A DNA stretch of 60,000 bases from Mobula hypostoma (GCF_963921235.1 NC_086108.1:33172001-33232000); one strand, 5' to 3'. Numbered from the stretch's first letter, positions 36,569 to 51,591 are shown. Made by a program: numbers and translations. The notes: a model not told the origin generated them from the sequence alone.

Positions 36569-37848
36569 AAATTGGGCACATCATTTTCAACTTTTCCTCA
36601 CTTCTATGAATTTATGGAATACTTGATTTCAACTTGGTCACTTTGCAACCTTGTTTCCATAGTTGCCTAGAGAACACTTTAGATAGTCCTATGAAGAATG
36701 GGCGCTGTTTGAGGCAGTCAACATACTTCAAACAAATTTAATAAGGTAAAGCTTCGTAAGTATATTTACCAGTAAAAAAATAGATTTCTGTAGTTTAAAA
36801 TTTAAAGGCAAGAAAACAAGTTTACCTGCTTTGTGAAAGTATTTCTATATCGGAAAAATTTTAAAAGAAGAATCCAATTACCAACAGGTACAAGATTGGA
36901 AACTCCTTAGGTGAATGAAAATCATTATTTGAGTCAAGATTAATATTGAAAATTTGTAATGGTCTAAGCCTTGTAGCTTTCCTAAGAAATTTCTGGGGTA
37001 GGAAATGTATAGAGTGTTTATTGTTATGAAAGAAAAAAAAAGAGAATTAGACCGAGAAAACAGGTCAGCTGAAGTCAGTACCAACGAAGTTATTAAAGCC
37101 ATGGAAATCTCTCAGGGATGGCAAATTTCAAAATACAGTAAGGCTATTTTAACCTTGCACCAAAGATGATACGAGACACTGTGTCTGCCTTAATGTACTG
37201 AATTTTGGAAACTCAACCATTTTGATTAAGATTTAATGATGAAGTAGTGAACAGGATTCCAAATCCTGGGGAAGCAAATTTAAAACTTGAGAAAAAGTGC
37301 CGGATGTTATAAATAAAGTTATGGTCATGGTAATAGAATGAAAAGATTCTTCCCAGTCCCTCTCCCAGGAGAATAGCTATAGAATAGATGCCAACAAACC
37401 AATTCTTCTCCGTAATAACATAATTGGTCCAGTACTCTCAGATTGAGGAGTCACGAATACATCTCTGAAATGGTCCTGATCGGACTGATATTTTTGTTGT
37501 ATTTCAGAATGAGTTGAGGAAAATTTTCTTTACCCAGAAGGTAATGAACCATTGGAATACTCTGTTTAAGGGGAGGATTACTTTTTGAGTTCATTCCTAA
37601 CAGGTCAATAGGTTTCACGAAATCAAGGGAGTCAAGGAGTACAGTATTAGTAGAAGTCTCAAAGTAATAGATTAATCAACACTTATTAATTATTGAAGGA
37701 GACATGAGAGGCTAAATGGTCTGCCCTTGCTCCTATTTCTTATGATTATATGTTCTAAAGTAACTTAGTTGACTAAGTAACTTCATACATTTCCTTTTAT
37801 TTAATTTCCAAAATGATTGTATGGTATTTGTACAATTGTTATACTTAC

Positions 37849-37946
37849 AGGGAGGCAGAATTCTTCAAAAGCTGGCTTGACAAATGTTATGTACTGTGTT
37901 AAAACTTGTTCTAGGTCCCGCTGCCTTTCACTGATGTCTCTTAATA
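37849..37946 (-). CDS. UCK2: Uridine-cytidine kinase 2, exon 5 (98 bp)
   Basis: ttcag|TATTAAGA...CCT|gtaagt; '(V)[32 protein letters not shown]'. Confidence 0.97.
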
Positions 37947-38384
37947 CTGAAAACAAGCAGGAGGTACAAAGTGAACACTCAGAGAAATTATTCAAAAATA
38001 ATTTTTTTCTTACTCTTAGCTCTACCTTTTTCATCCCATTTTATTTCCTTCAAATGTGAATATCTCCAAATGTTTCATTACTTGTCATTCAAAAACAAAC
38101 ATCATTTACTGAAATTACCGCACACACCTCCAGTTAAAAATGCATATATCCATTATTCTTCAGATTTGAAAAAGGAAATTAATTGCCTAACCTTAGGCTG
38201 TTGATTACATAAAATGTTACTGAATGATAGGTAACACTGGATAAAACAAACTTTTGAGTTTTATGCATCCAAATCCTAGAAGCCTACCATTAAAGGTTGA
38301 GTGGCAACATAAGAGACATGGAAGAGGTATTGACAACAATGCTGTATTCCATCTCAGTTTTCAGTTTCTTTTGTGCTGTAAAGC

Positions 38385-39518
38385 TGCACATGGATAGCCA
38401 AGCTCTTGATTGAGAAGTTGCAAAACCTGGGCCTCTGTACCTCCCTCTGTAATTGGATCCTTGATTTCCTAACTGGAAGACCACAATCTATGTGGATTAG
38501 TGATAACACATCCCCTTCACTGACGATCAACATTTGCGCACCTCAGTGTGTGCTTAGCCCTCTGCTCTACTCTCTATATACACGACTGTGTGGCTAGGCA
38601 CAGCTTAAATATCACCTACAAATTTGCTGATGATACAACCACTGTTGGTAGAATCTCAGGTGGTGAGGAGAGGGCGTACAGGAGTGAGATATGCCAACTA
38701 GTGGAGTGGTGCTGCAGCAACAACCTGGCACTCAACATCAGTAAGATAGAAGAGCTGATTGTGGACTTCAGGAAGGGTAAGACGAAGGAACACATACCAA
38801 TCCTCAGAGGGATCAGAAGTGGAGAGGGTGAGCAGTTTCAAATTCCTGAGTGTCAAGATCTCTGAGGATCTAACCTAGTCCCAATATATCGATGTAGTTA
38901 TAAAGAAGGCAAGACAGCAGCTATACTTCATTAGGATTTTGAAGAGATTTGGCATGTCAACAAATACACTCAAAAACTTCTATAGATGTACCGTGGAGAG
39001 CATTCTGACAGGCCGCATCACTGTCTGGTATGGGGGCGGGGGGGGGGGTTGCTACTGCATACGACTGAAAGAAACTGCAGAGGGTTGTAAATCTAGTCAG
39101 CTCTATCTTGGCTACTAGCCTACAAAGTCCCCAGGACATCTTCAGGGAGCAGTGTCTCAGGAAGGCAGCGTCCATGATCAAGGATCTCTAGCACCCAGGG
39201 CATGCCCTTTTCTCATTGTTACCATCAGGTAGGAGGTACAGAAGCCTGAAGAAACACACTCAGCCATTCAGGAACAGCTTCTTCCCCTCTGCCATCCGAT
39301 TCCTAAATGGACATTGAACCCTTAGACACTATATCACGTTAAGATACAGTATTTCTGTTTTTGCACGATTTTTAATTGATTCAATATACATATACTGTAA
39401 TTGATGTATTTATTTTTATTTATTTTTTTCTTCTATATTATGTATTGCATCGTGCTGCTGCTGCTGCTAAGTTAACAAATTTTACGTCACCTGCCAGTGG
39501 TATTATACCTGATTCTGA
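38385..39518 (+). mobile_element. Rex1/Babar LINE, 5'-truncated RT + 3' UTR
   Basis: '[14 protein letters not shown]', 'YKFADDTT', 'LVEWCCSNNLALNISK'; tail cctgattctga. Confidence 0.9.
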
Positions 39519-39809
39519 ATAAATAGCATTTATTCAAATCTCAACAAGAACATTTTAATCTTATAAATGCCAATGAGGGAATATTGCTCAAAAACACTTC
39601 CTGGAATAGAAAATATTTCCATGCCTGCAGAAACAAAACAACTGTTGTTCAAAGATCAGGCTGTTAATCGTTACAAGAAGAAAATACTAGAGGAGAATCT
39701 GTGCAGAGGTGAAACAACACTCAAGTAATCACTGAAAATATCAGTGCCCATTCCTTTAAGCTGAATATATACTTTCATCTCAAGGGAGTCTACCAGGGGA
39801 AAGGCAATT

Positions 39810-40000
39810 TAGGATTGGGGTTGTGTAATGAACCAGATTTGATTAGGGAGCTTAAGGTAAAGGAACCCTTAAGAGGCAGTGATCATAATATGAAAGAATT
39901 CACCTTCGAGTTTGAGAGGAAGATGACAAAGTCAGATGCATCAGGTATTACAGTGGAGTAAAGGAAATTTTAGAGGCATGAGAGAGGAGCAAGCCAAAGT
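39810..40000 (+). mobile_element. Short CR1 ORF2 fragment
   Basis: Homologous to 42755-42960 (endonuclease C-terminus, GSDH region). Confidence 0.7.
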
Positions 40001-41759
40001 ACCTTTCATTCCACATTATGCTCACAGTAGTTTAGTCTATAGTAGTGTTCTCTTTCTCATCTTTACAAATAAAGCAGAGTTCAAGTGGTCCAACACAAAA
40101 GTGGCTGCTATAAATCAAAACCCCTTTACATAGCTTTGAAACCCAAAGTGGAATCCTGATAGGCAATAGTGTTGCAAAATACGTCACCAATTGGATCCTG
40201 CAAATCACTTCCTTTAGATGATGCATTGGAAGCTACTTGTCGCAAGACCACATACTGAAGGCCCTTTCACAAGGAAATGGCAGTGATTGTCCACCCAATA
40301 TGCTTTATCATGTAATCTTGAACTAAATTAGAGGAAAGTGACATATCAATTTTCCTGAGTCACACTATCTGATAAGGTCGAAATAAGTGTTTTCAAAATA
40401 AAGCAAAAGGAGCAAGTAGGAAAAAAATGTCCATAGTCCTACAGAGTTTCTCATTTTCATCATGGAATATTATGCCTATTTTCCCTCTCACCCGCCCATT
40501 TCTGTTCCTCTTCACCCCCATCTAGTTTTCTTAACCACCCATATGTCTTGATCATTTACTCAGTGCTAAACTCTTTAGGAAGCTCAGTTACAAAAGAACT
40601 AATTTAATATGAATGGAAAATAGATTAACATTTATGTTAATATGCACTTGATCATGTTGAACAAGTTTCCTTAAAATACAAAATCTTATCCAGTTTATCA
40701 TAGTCCAAGTTGAATTAAAATTCTGATGTGGGAACCAATGGGTGCCAAATAAATTTTGTTTTCTTAACGACATCTTAATTCAACCCTGTGGATATGCTCA
40801 AATCCACACAGTGATTGGCATAGCTCATGAAAGGACCACCACTAGTCCTGAACTAAAACAAAATCAGGTAGAAACTAGCAAAAAATGATGCTGAAGAAAC
40901 CCAAATGCAGATTCATGATTTCTAACTCTGAGATTTGACACACTGCTTGCTTGGGCTTCAAGGACAGCATCAGCTATCATTGAACTCTATATAAGACACA
41001 AAATACTGCTCCTGTTGAGTGAAATAATGGAATAACAAAACAGAACTTTTCTCAAAGTAGGTACTAAATGTAGTTTAGTAGCAGATTTGTTTCACATTAA
41101 CTACAACAGAAATTCTGTACAGTTTCATTACAACAAAATACAGAAACAATATTTCAAAAGGAAAGATAGATAATTTGGTTCCAACTTTATTGTCCACAAA
41201 TACAAGTTCATCCCATTTTGCTTCCATTTTGTGTAATGTCAGACACTGTCACCTCCGGCAGAAACATAATTGGCCTCAACTAGAAACAATGATCAAATTC
41301 TCATTTGGAAACTACGGCCTACAGTTAGTACTATCAGCGAAATTATATTATCAACCTCCTTGAAAGCAATATCAAATACCTGAATTGAATGAGAGTTTAA
41401 AAACAAATAATATTCATCCCAGGAAAGGTGCAGATTAAAAATAGTTACACCCAAAAACGAAAAAAAAGGGAATTATTTCTCTAAGTGCATTTATCATATC
41501 ACTGGTACTCATGTCGGAAATTAACGTTACCAATATTGCTTGGCTAATGTCAAGGATGTGGAAAAGCATTTTCATTCCATTAATCTTTTGATTCATAAAT
41601 AATTATTCTTAAGGTGATTAAAAATACTAGGTTTTCAAATAAATATTTCAGGACATTTTTACTGATGGCATTAAAACATTAATATTAAATGGTAAAGTCC
41701 ATGACTAAAACATACTACCACATGGCACCTACACGATTTGAGTGTGCCTTCTTGCTTTT

Positions 41760-44700
41760 GGTAGGACAGCAGGGAGTTTGGAAGGAAGCTGAGAAGCAGG
41801 ACCTCAAGGCAAGTAATCTCGGGATTGCTGCCTGTGCCATGTGACAGTGAGGATAGGAATAGAAGGAGGTGGCAGATAAATGCGTGACTGAAGAATTAGA
41901 GCAGGGGGAAGGGATTCAGATTTCTGGATAACTGGAACCTCTTCTGGGGCAGCTGGGACTTGTACAAAAGGGACGGAATGCACTTGAATCTGAGGAGGAC
42001 CAATATTCTTGTGGGCAGATTTACTAGACCTGCTGGGAGTCATTTAAATTACTATGGCAGGGAAATGGGAACCAGTATGATAGAGCTGCGGATGAGCCAG
42101 TAGGTCTACAAGTAGATGATGGGTGTAACATGATTGTAAGGAAGGACAAGCCAACGATTGGGTACAAATGCAGACAGAGCAAAGAGTTAAATTGTGAATT
42201 AAATCGTATCACAGAGGCAAAATTCAAAAGGGCAAAGAATGCAGGACTGAAGGTGCTGTATTTAAATGCACATATCATTTGGAATAAGATGGGCGAACTC
42301 ATGGCACAATTAGAGATCGGTCAGTATGACGTGAGCATCTCTGAGTCATGGTTGAAACAAGGACATAGCTGGGAGCTTAACATAAAAGGATATACCTTGT
42401 GTCGAAGGACAGGCAGAAAGGCATAGGCGGTGGTATGAGATGGAATTACATCTTTAGAAAGAAGTGACATAGGGTCAGAGAATGGTGAATCTTTGTGGGT
42501 GGAGTTAAGAAATTGCAAGTGTGAAAAAAACATTATGGGAATCATATATAGGCCTCCAAATAGTAAGCGAGATGTGGGGGTCGAGATTGCAAAGGGAGCT
42601 GGAAAAGGCATGTAACAAGAGTAATGACACAACTGTGACTTCAATACACAAGGAGATTGGGAAAATCAGGTTGGTGTCAGATTGCAAGAGAGTGAATTTG
42701 TTGAATGCCTACAAGATGGCTTTTTATAGCAGTTTGTGCTTGAGCCTACTTGGGGAAAGGCCATCTTAGATTGGGTGTTGTGTAATAACCCAGATCTTAT
42801 TAGGGAGTTTAACATAAAGGAACCCTTAGGAGGCAGTGATCAAAATATGACTGAATTCATATTCCAATTCGAGAGGGAGAAGTGTAACTCACATGTGTCA
42901 GTATCGCAAAAGAATAAAGGGAATTACAGAAGCACGAGAGAGGAGCTTGCCCAGTTGGATTAGAGGAGGATACTGGCAGGGATGACAGCAAAGCAGGGAT
43001 GGCTGAAGTTTCTGGGAATAGTTCACAAGGTGCAGGATAGATGTGTTCTACAGAGGAAGAAGTTCTTAATTGGCAGGGGTAGGCAACCGTGGCTAACAAG
43101 GGAAGTTAAATATTGTATAAAAGCCACGGAAAGGGCAAGGAAAGGTAGCAAAAGTGAGTGGGAAGTTGGATGATTGGGAAGCTTTTAAATTCCAACAAAA
43201 GGCAACTAAAAATGCTATAAGAAGGGAAAAGATGAAAGATGAAATGAGGGCAGACTAGGCAGTAAAATAAAGCAGAATACCAAAAAATTTCCAGTTATAT
43301 AAAGAGTAAAAGGGAGGTGAGATATTGGATCATTGGAATTTTTTGCTGGTGAGGTAGTAATGGAGGACAAAGAAATGGCAGATGAACTTAATGGGTACTT
43401 TACTGTGTGCCAGAGCTCCATGAGTGTCAGGGAACAGGAGTGAGTTCCATTGTTATTACAAAGGAAAAAGTGCTATGCAAGCTCAAAGGTCTTGAAGTGG
43501 ATGTCACCTGGGCCGATGAACTACATCCTAAACGATGTTGCTGAAGAGATTATGGATGCATTGATCATGATCTTTCAAGAATCATTTGATTCTGGCATGG
43601 TCCTGGAGGACTGGAAGATTGCAAATGTCACCCCACTCTTTAAGGAAGGAAGGAAGGCAGGCAAAATAAAAGAAATTATAGTCCAGTTAACCTAACCTCA
43701 GTGGTTGGGAAAGTATTGGAGTCTATTAATAAGAATGAAGTTTTGAGGTACTTGGAAACTAATGATAAAATAAGTCAAAGTCAGCATAAATTCTGTAAAG
43801 GGAAATTTTGCCTGACTAATCTGTTAGAATTCTTTGAGGAAGTAACGAACAGGGTGGACAAAGTAGAGGCAGTGGATGTTATTTACTTGCATGTTCAGAA
43901 GGCATTTGATAAGCACACTTGAGGATACTTAAGATAAAATCTTACAACGTTACAGGAAAGATACAGGCATGGATAGTGGAATGGCTGGCAGGCAGGAGGC
44001 AGAAAGTGGGAATAAAGGGGGCCGTTTCTGGTTGGCTGCTGGTGACTAGTGGTGTTCCTCAGGGGTCAGTATTCGGACTGCGGCTTTTCACATTGTCAAC
44101 GATTTAGATAATGGAATTGGTGGCTTTGTGGTAAAGTTTGCGGATGATACAAAGGTAGGTGGGAGGGGTAAGTAGTCTGAGGAAGCAATGTGATTGCAGC
44201 AGGACTTGGACAAATTGAAAGAATGGGCAAAAAAGTGGCAGATGGGATACAGTGTTGGGAAATGTATGATAATGCATTTTGGTAAAAGGAACAATAGTGC
44301 AGACTATTATCTAAATGGGGAGAAGGTTTAAGCACCAGGTGCAGAGGGACTTAGGAGTCCTTGTGCAAGACTCCCAGAAGGTTAATTTACAGGTGGAGTC
44401 CATGGTGAAGAAGGCAAATGCAATGTTGGTATTTATTTCAAGGGGAATATAAAAGCAAGGAAATAATACTGAGCCTTTATAAGACACTAGTCAGGCCACA
44501 CTTGGAGTATTGTCAACAGTTTTGGGCTCCATATCTCAGAAAGATGTATTGTCATTGGAGAGAATCCAGAGGAGGTCCGCGAGGATGATTCCAGGAATGA
44601 AGGGGTTAACATACGAGGAGTGTTTGGTCAGCTTTGGGCCTGTACTCAGTGAAATTTAGAAGAATCGGGGGTTGGGGGCGGGATCTCATATCTCATTGAA

Positions 44701-45068
44701 ACCTACCGAATGTTGAAAGGACTAGATAGGGTGGATGTGGGGAGGACGTGGGGTAGATGTGGAGAAGACGTTTTCTATGGTGGAGTATCCAGAACTAGAG
44801 GGCACAGCCTCAAAATTGAGGACGACCCTTTAAAACAGAGGTAAGGAGGAATTGTTTTAGTCAGAGAGTAGTGAATCTGTGGAATGCTCCAACACAGACT
44901 GTGGTAGAGGCCAAGTCCGTAAGAATATTTAAGGGGGAAGTTGATAGTTTCCTGATTTGTCAGGGAATCAAAGGATATGACGAGAAGACAGGTGCATGGG
45001 GTTGAAAGGAATGGCGGAACAGACTCAATGGGCTGAATGGCATAATTCTGCTATGTCTTATGGGCTTC
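41760..45068 (+). mobile_element. Decayed CR1 LINE (ORF1 C-terminus + ORF2 + 3' UTR)
   Basis: 'LKVLYLNA', 'EDWKIANVTPLFK', 'CLTNLLEFFEEVT', 'TSGVPQGSV'; numerous stops and frameshifts. Confidence 0.9.
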
Positions 45069-45586
45069 TGTGGAGAACTCGCTACAATCAGAACCTCCAT
45101 TTTTTCTTCATGAATCCTCAGGGCAAATGAAAGAGATCCATTTTTATAAGTAACACATGTTTTCTTTGCATCCTGTGGCACAGCCAAGACTATTCCATAT
45201 TGGGACCTAATCCATAATGTCTCATATCAGTCCAATACTCCTGAACTTTGTCCACCACCATCAAGGAAGGCAGATAGCAAAGTAGAACTTTTGAATGTGC
45301 CAAGTGAAAGATGGCCAAGGGCCCAAACTGAGCTGAGTCCAGACAATGGGTTCAGGCAACATGGCACTCTCTTGTCCAGAGTCCTGCTCACAAATGGTGG
45401 CCATAGATCTGTCTATTGATATTATCAATGACTTTTCAGGAACCGAGTACATCTTATTTGAGATCAAGTTATCAATTGTGGTCCTCTGAAAAGGGATGAA
45501 CTTTGATCCTTTTTGTTTGGGAAATCAAATTTATACAGACATCATAAAAACAAACCACATCACAATAGTTTCTACCTGCCCTGTAC

Positions 45587-45729
45587 CTCTGCGTGACAGT
45601 CTGGTGTCCGCATCAGTGTCCACAAACAGTTTCATCTGAAACATGTCCCGGATATCCTGCATGTAAAAGGCCAAGATACCTTCAAATAGCACCACATCTG
45701 CTGGGTAGACAGTCACTGTTTCAGATTTT
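45587..45729 (-). CDS. UCK2: Uridine-cytidine kinase 2, exon 4 (143 bp)
   Basis: ttccag|AAAA...AGAG|gtacag; '[47 protein letters not shown]'. LAFY and DADT are UCK2-type rather than UCK1-type. Confidence 0.97.
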
Positions 45730-48374
45730 CTGGAAAGCAAACAGAAATAAATAATAGGAACATGGAAATTTGTAAGTGATAACAAGTAATTCCATCATTA
45801 CCACTGAACTCTCAGACACTAAATGCAGGATTCCATTGATTGAAAAAAGGTGCATTTGAAATCTCTCCTTTATCTTGCCCCTCTTTGCATTCCATGCCGT
45901 AAAACTCAATCAAGCTTTCCATTCATATTTGTACAAATTTCTTTCTTGGTTGTAGTTCAGAACACAAAGTGCATTAAGTTTCAATCATTCAACTACTTTG
46001 GCCTCCTACTTTATCTGTCCAGAAAAGTGCGTCCCTTTCCTGGAAAGTCTTTGCTAGTCCAAATACAATATTTCTTCCAACAGAGATGGCAGCATTACCC
46101 AAATCCAATACATGGTTTGAGTGTAGTTACAACCTGATGATGGATTTTCTATAGCCATTAATGATACAACTCAGTTTTGAACACAGATTAATGACATAAA
46201 AGTGCCACTGTGCATCACAAATTGAACAGTTTAAGACTAAAGCTGAACACATTACAATGTTATATACAGAGAGGGAAAAGCAACTTCAATTTCCTTAAGC
46301 ACAGGAAGTAAAAAGACACAATTCAACATAAATTTACTTTAAAAATCCCCAACAGTGTCTATGTCAACACTTGACAAATTCTGAACAGAAAATTTTGGTC
46401 ACAGTGACCCATATTGGTGGTTATCTGAAAATTCCATTCCGGCCATTTAAAAACAAAGAGCAGTGTGTGGCAAAATCTAATCCAGAGGAAGAAAGCCAAT
46501 CCATGCCGAAGGCAGAGAAAGGCTGCCAAAACCTAAATCCAAAATCTAAACTCAGATGGAAGAAGATGCCGCGCAAGAAGAGACAAAGCTGAGGGGGAGA
46601 ATTGAAGACAGTAAAAAAGGTTGATTTGTAGAAGCTTGATGAACGAGCTCGTTTCTAAGCTCAGAAATAAATGAAAAAAAAATTCTTCCTTTGTCCAAGA
46701 TGCTAGACATTACATATAATCACTCAATCTTTATTCTTGCTATTTCAGCATTGTTTTTCAATTAGATAGGGTGTCATACCGCACAGAAGCGGGTCTTTAG
46801 CCCAATATGTCTTAAGCCACCCTTGCAGCTCTCTACACTAATCCTATGTACGGGCATTGATCTGTGCTTCACTATGCCATGTCTGCACATTTTTCACATT
46901 GCCCAGTCCACTTCCAATTGCTCTGTGGCTGATTACCGTTGCACATCCCTTGTTTAGTTGCCCTTTTGCTTCGTCCATCCCTGCAGCAGGTTCACCCTAT
47001 ATAGTCCAGCAGGTCACCATCCACTTAGGTCCATGAGCTCCACCTACCTCCTGCATCAACTTGAGCTCCAGCCTGCCATCTTCCTTTCAGGCCACCCTAA
47101 GTCACACTCTGACTTCTCCTTTTCAAGTTCACTTGAGCTCCATCATGCCTCCTCCCTTTCACGTCTGCTTCAGGTCCACTGCCAGTTTGTCATTTCTGCT
47201 ATGAAGCATCCTCCTACTTGGTGTGCTGGCTCATCAGCCTGCACTTCTTGAAACCGAGAATAAACTTATCAGGTATCCTAACTGGTCATTTCAATTGGGC
47301 AAGGTTAACCCCAAATCAAACTGTCATTTGGCCTTCATAGAATACAGCAGATAAATCACACATGGAAGCTTGGGGAAAACATTAATGTCAGCTCATGCCC
47401 AGCACTCCAGACCATGACTATTCAAAGGGAGCCAAACTGAACAAGCAGGTTTGCATACTGTACATTCAACTATTTGGAAAAAGAAAATGTGTACTATTTT
47501 TGACATCCTCGTGGTGTGTAACACATGTCTGTACAATCATTCCCATTTCTTCTTTAACTCTCTTGGTCTAGACACATCCTGAATTTTTACATAACATCTC
47601 ATTATTTTGATTTGCATTTTTACAGCATCTTCAATGCAGCAAATGTCCCCATGGGCTTTAAATGAACTTTCAGACAAATTCAACAATGAGTCATGAAGAG
47701 ACAGGAGAAGGAGACAGGAGAAGAGTTGACCAAAATCTTGCTCGAAGAAAGTGGTATAGGGAACACCTTCAAAGTGGGGTGGCAAGCTTCAGCAAAGGAG
47801 TTGGAGGCATGACTATGACAATGTGATTAGCAATGATAGAGCATAGATGGAGAAAGGGAATGGATAAACCCATTTTGAAATTTTATAACTTCGGTTATTA
47901 GACTGGGAACCAATATAAATTAGGAGATATGGGTCATGAGTAAAAAGGACACAGTGCCAACTGAGTTAGAGACCACAGAGGTTTAGTTTGAGCTTAGGCC
48001 TGCAAGACAACAGGAATAGCAAGTACAGAGGTCAAAAAGATTTGGGATTAGGTTTTCTGAAGTAAATGATGGCATGACTGAGTGGAGTTATAGAATGAAT
48101 GGGGTTACATATATGAAAACATACACACTTTTGATGATCAAAGAAAACATAGGACTGGAAGCTCAACTCAGATCAAACAAGTTGTGAAGAATCTTCTCCA
48201 TGTTAACCAGGTCTTAGCTGTTGGCAAGGGAAGAGAGTTTACCATGGCACTGAACAATTTGGGATTACCATAGTCTGTATAGTCACCAAACAGGAAGTTT
48301 TGCTAAGAATACCAGAGCACCACAATGTCATGAAAAAGCAAATATGTAAAAGACTCTCAAGGAGGAAACAATTA

Positions 48375-50857
48375 CAGGTGTCCCCCGCTTTTCAAACGTT
48401 CGCTTTACGAAACCTCACTGTTATGAAAGACCTACATTAGTACCCTGTTTTCTCTAACAGAAGGTTTTTGCACTGTTACGAAAAAAGCAGTGCGCGAGAA
48501 ATGATGGCGTGCAAAAAAAAAAGCAGCACGCGCCCCGAGCCGCCAAGCTCCTCCCCCGGAACCGCCATTGCTTAAACACGTGCTTTATCTCAATTTATTT
48601 TGTGCGTCCGTTAGCAAGATGAGTTCTAAGGTATCGGAAAAGCCTAAAAGAGCTCATAAGGGTGTTACACTTAGCGTAAAACTAGACATAATTAAGCATT
48701 TTGATTGTGGTGAACTTGCCTGCATCTACCATTCGCACTACTTATACGCAGAGAGAAAAAATCTTGAAAGCTGCCGATGTTACTGTTGGTTCTGCTCGTA
48801 GCAATGTGGTCTCTCTTAGTCGGCATCCAGTAATGGATAAAATGGAAAGTTTATTGCTTGAGTGGATTGATGAGTGTACAAAACGTGGTGTTCCTTTAAG
48901 TTATCTTATACTGAAGGAGAAATCAGTCAGTCTTTTTAATAAGCTGAAACAGAAAGCACTGGCCGATGGTGATGAAAGTGTTGAGAAAGTGGAATTTAAA
49001 GGTAGTCACGAGTGGTTTGATCCGTTTCTGAGGCAAGGGCAGCTTCATAGTTTAGCGTTTACTGGAGAGAGTGCTTCGGCTGACACTGAAGCTGCCGAAA
49101 GGTTTCCAGCAGAACTGAAGAAAATAATTACAGAAGGCAGTTATTCATATAAGCACGTTTAACTGTGACGAAACTGCAATTTATTGGAAAAAATTGCCGA
49201 GCAAGACATTTATTTTGATAGAAGAAAAGCAGGCTAAGGGACACAAGGCATCGAAGGACAGGTTTACCCTAATGCCTATTATTAACGCCACTGGTGATGC
49301 TGTCCTTAAGCCTCTACTAGTGTACCATTCAGAAAATCCGAGAGCACTTAAAGGCGTTGATAAGAAAACACTTCCTGGTGTGTTCCGATCACATCCAAGC
49401 AGTTGGAACACCCAAGTGCTTTTTTCTGAGTACATGAGCAGATACGTTAGTCCTTTTGTTGAAGAATACTGTTGAGAAAATAACCTCGATAATAGGTGTC
49501 TTGTGATTGTCGATAATTGTGCTGCTCATCCGCCTGACATTACCGAGTATGGCAGTAACATTCGTGTTGCGTTCTTACCGCCGAATACGACATCGTTGCT
49601 GCAGCCGTGCGACCAAGGCCTAATAGCCACAATTAAAGCTTACTATACGCAAAATGTGATGCATTTTATTGTAAGTGCTATTGACAGAGAGGGCTGAAGC
49701 ATCTTTGCGAGAGGTCTGGAAAGACTACAATATAAAACTGGCAATCGCCAACATTGGAGATGCTCTCGATAGGCTAACAGTCTCGATGAGAAATGGCGTT
49801 TGGAGGAAACTATGTCCCGAAGCAGTGAACGATTTTAAAGGCTTCGAACCATCAACAATAAATACGACAATAGTGAGCTTGGCTAAGGAGGCTGGGTTTG
49901 TGGAAGTTGACGAAGATGATGTTGAGGTTTTGGCATCCCATGACCAAGAATTGACAGATGAAGAGCTGATGCAATTGGAAGAGGAAAGGATAACAATTGA
50001 AACCAAACGCAGCAGCGAAAATGAAGTCGTCCAGGGACTGAACGTGAAGTAGTTGCATGAGATTTTCGCTGCGATTGACAGCGCTGCAATGATTGCAGAA
50101 AAGTATGACTTTAATTTTGAAAGGGCATGTAGGTTTAGGGCAGGTTTGCAGGATGGTTTGAGTGCTTACAAGAACTGTATGATAGAAAAATACGTGAGGC
50201 TAAGCAATCAAGTATACTGTTGTTTTTCAAGCTTTGCACATCAGCCACAGCAGACGACGAACCTCGACCTTCGACATCGAGGCAGGCAGACATAGAAGAT
50301 GACCTGGCTACCCTATTGGAAACAGACTACGATGAGATGACACCCCAGTCTCCTCTACCTCCCACCACCCCAATTTCCGACGATTCAGCCTAACACACCA
50401 TCCCGATTCCCATAAGCGAAACTACACTACACATACATTATTTCTACTTTATATAGGTTGTGTATCTTTGCGTTATTTAGTATCATTTGGCAGCCCTTGT
50501 TGCTTAAAGGTTACTGGAGAGTGCTTCAGCCGACAGCGCCTGCGCCAACAACGCCTGCGCCGACAGTGCTTCTGCCGAGAGCGCATGTGTGAGATTTTCG
50601 CTGCGCTGGACTGTGCTTCAATGTTTGCAAAAAGTATTTCTACTTTATATAGGCTGTGTATTTATCATGTCGTTCCTGCTTTTACTATATGTTACTGTTA
50701 TTTTAGGTTTTATGTGTTATTTGGCATGATTTGGTAGGTTATTTTTTGGGTCTGGAAATGCTCATATTAATAAATGGTAATTGCTTCACTTTACGACATT
50801 TCGGCTTACGAACCGTTTCATTGGAACGCTTTACCTTCGGATGGCGGGGGAAACCTG
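48375..50857 (+). mobile_element. Full-length Tigger/pogo DNA transposon with disrupted transposase
   Basis: TA-caggtgtcccccgc ... gcgggggaaacctg-TA termini. Transposase from ATG 48619: HTH, 'FKGSHEWF', 'NCDETAIYWK', 'IVDNCAAHP', 'FLPPNTTSLLQPCDQGLI'; several frameshifts and stops. Confidence 0.93.
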
Positions 50858-51406
50858 TACACTCTTTCAGCTATGTTGTGGAACCACATTTTTGCAGCAT
50901 TTTGTAATCAAAAGATCAGCTCAGTCTAAAATCCATGATTTTCAGTGCACTGCTGAAGAAATGTTGCAGCAAGATGCATTTTTGAATACGACATTAAATC
51001 AGCACAGCATAAATAATTTTCACAAAACTATTCAAAAAGGATGGCAGTTGTCCTAGTATCTTGACCAACATTCATCCCTCAGAACAGGTGAGCTAATCAT
51101 TATTGTTTGTGAGATCCTAGTTGACACTTCCTACACGACTGTGGCTACATTTCAAAAATTTTTTTAAAAAACTACAAAGCCAAAGCTGTAATTCTGAAAA
51201 CAAATGTTGCACTTTCACACAGATCATTAAATTTAGCACACATCAGGCATTAATTTCTGGATCTTACTGCTCTGCAAGTATGAACTAAATATTGCATTGT
51301 CCACCCATGACATGTTTATCAATTCCAAAGTCCAGCTAAGGTGTGTACATCATTTTTCATTGATGGGAAAAAAAGTCAAAAATTATTTCTATAAAAAGCA
51401 ATTTAC

Positions 51407-51503
51407 CTGGAATGGGAAACAAAGTCATATACAGGAATCTCAACTATTTTTCCTTCAATTATATCTCTCAGGGTATTGAATATCAATTCATTATCAAAGG
51501 CAT
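51407..51503 (-). CDS. UCK2: Uridine-cytidine kinase 2, exon 3 (97 bp)
   Basis: ttgcag|ATGCC...CCAG|gtaaat; '(D)[31 protein letters not shown](R)', with the Y112/H117 equivalents. Not in the ORF track. Confidence 0.96.
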
Positions 51504-51591
51504 CTGCAAGCAAAAAAAATAAAATAAATAGTTCCAGTAGATTAGAAATCAAAACTGCTTTCCATTGTAAACTTATTTAAGATTTACATAC

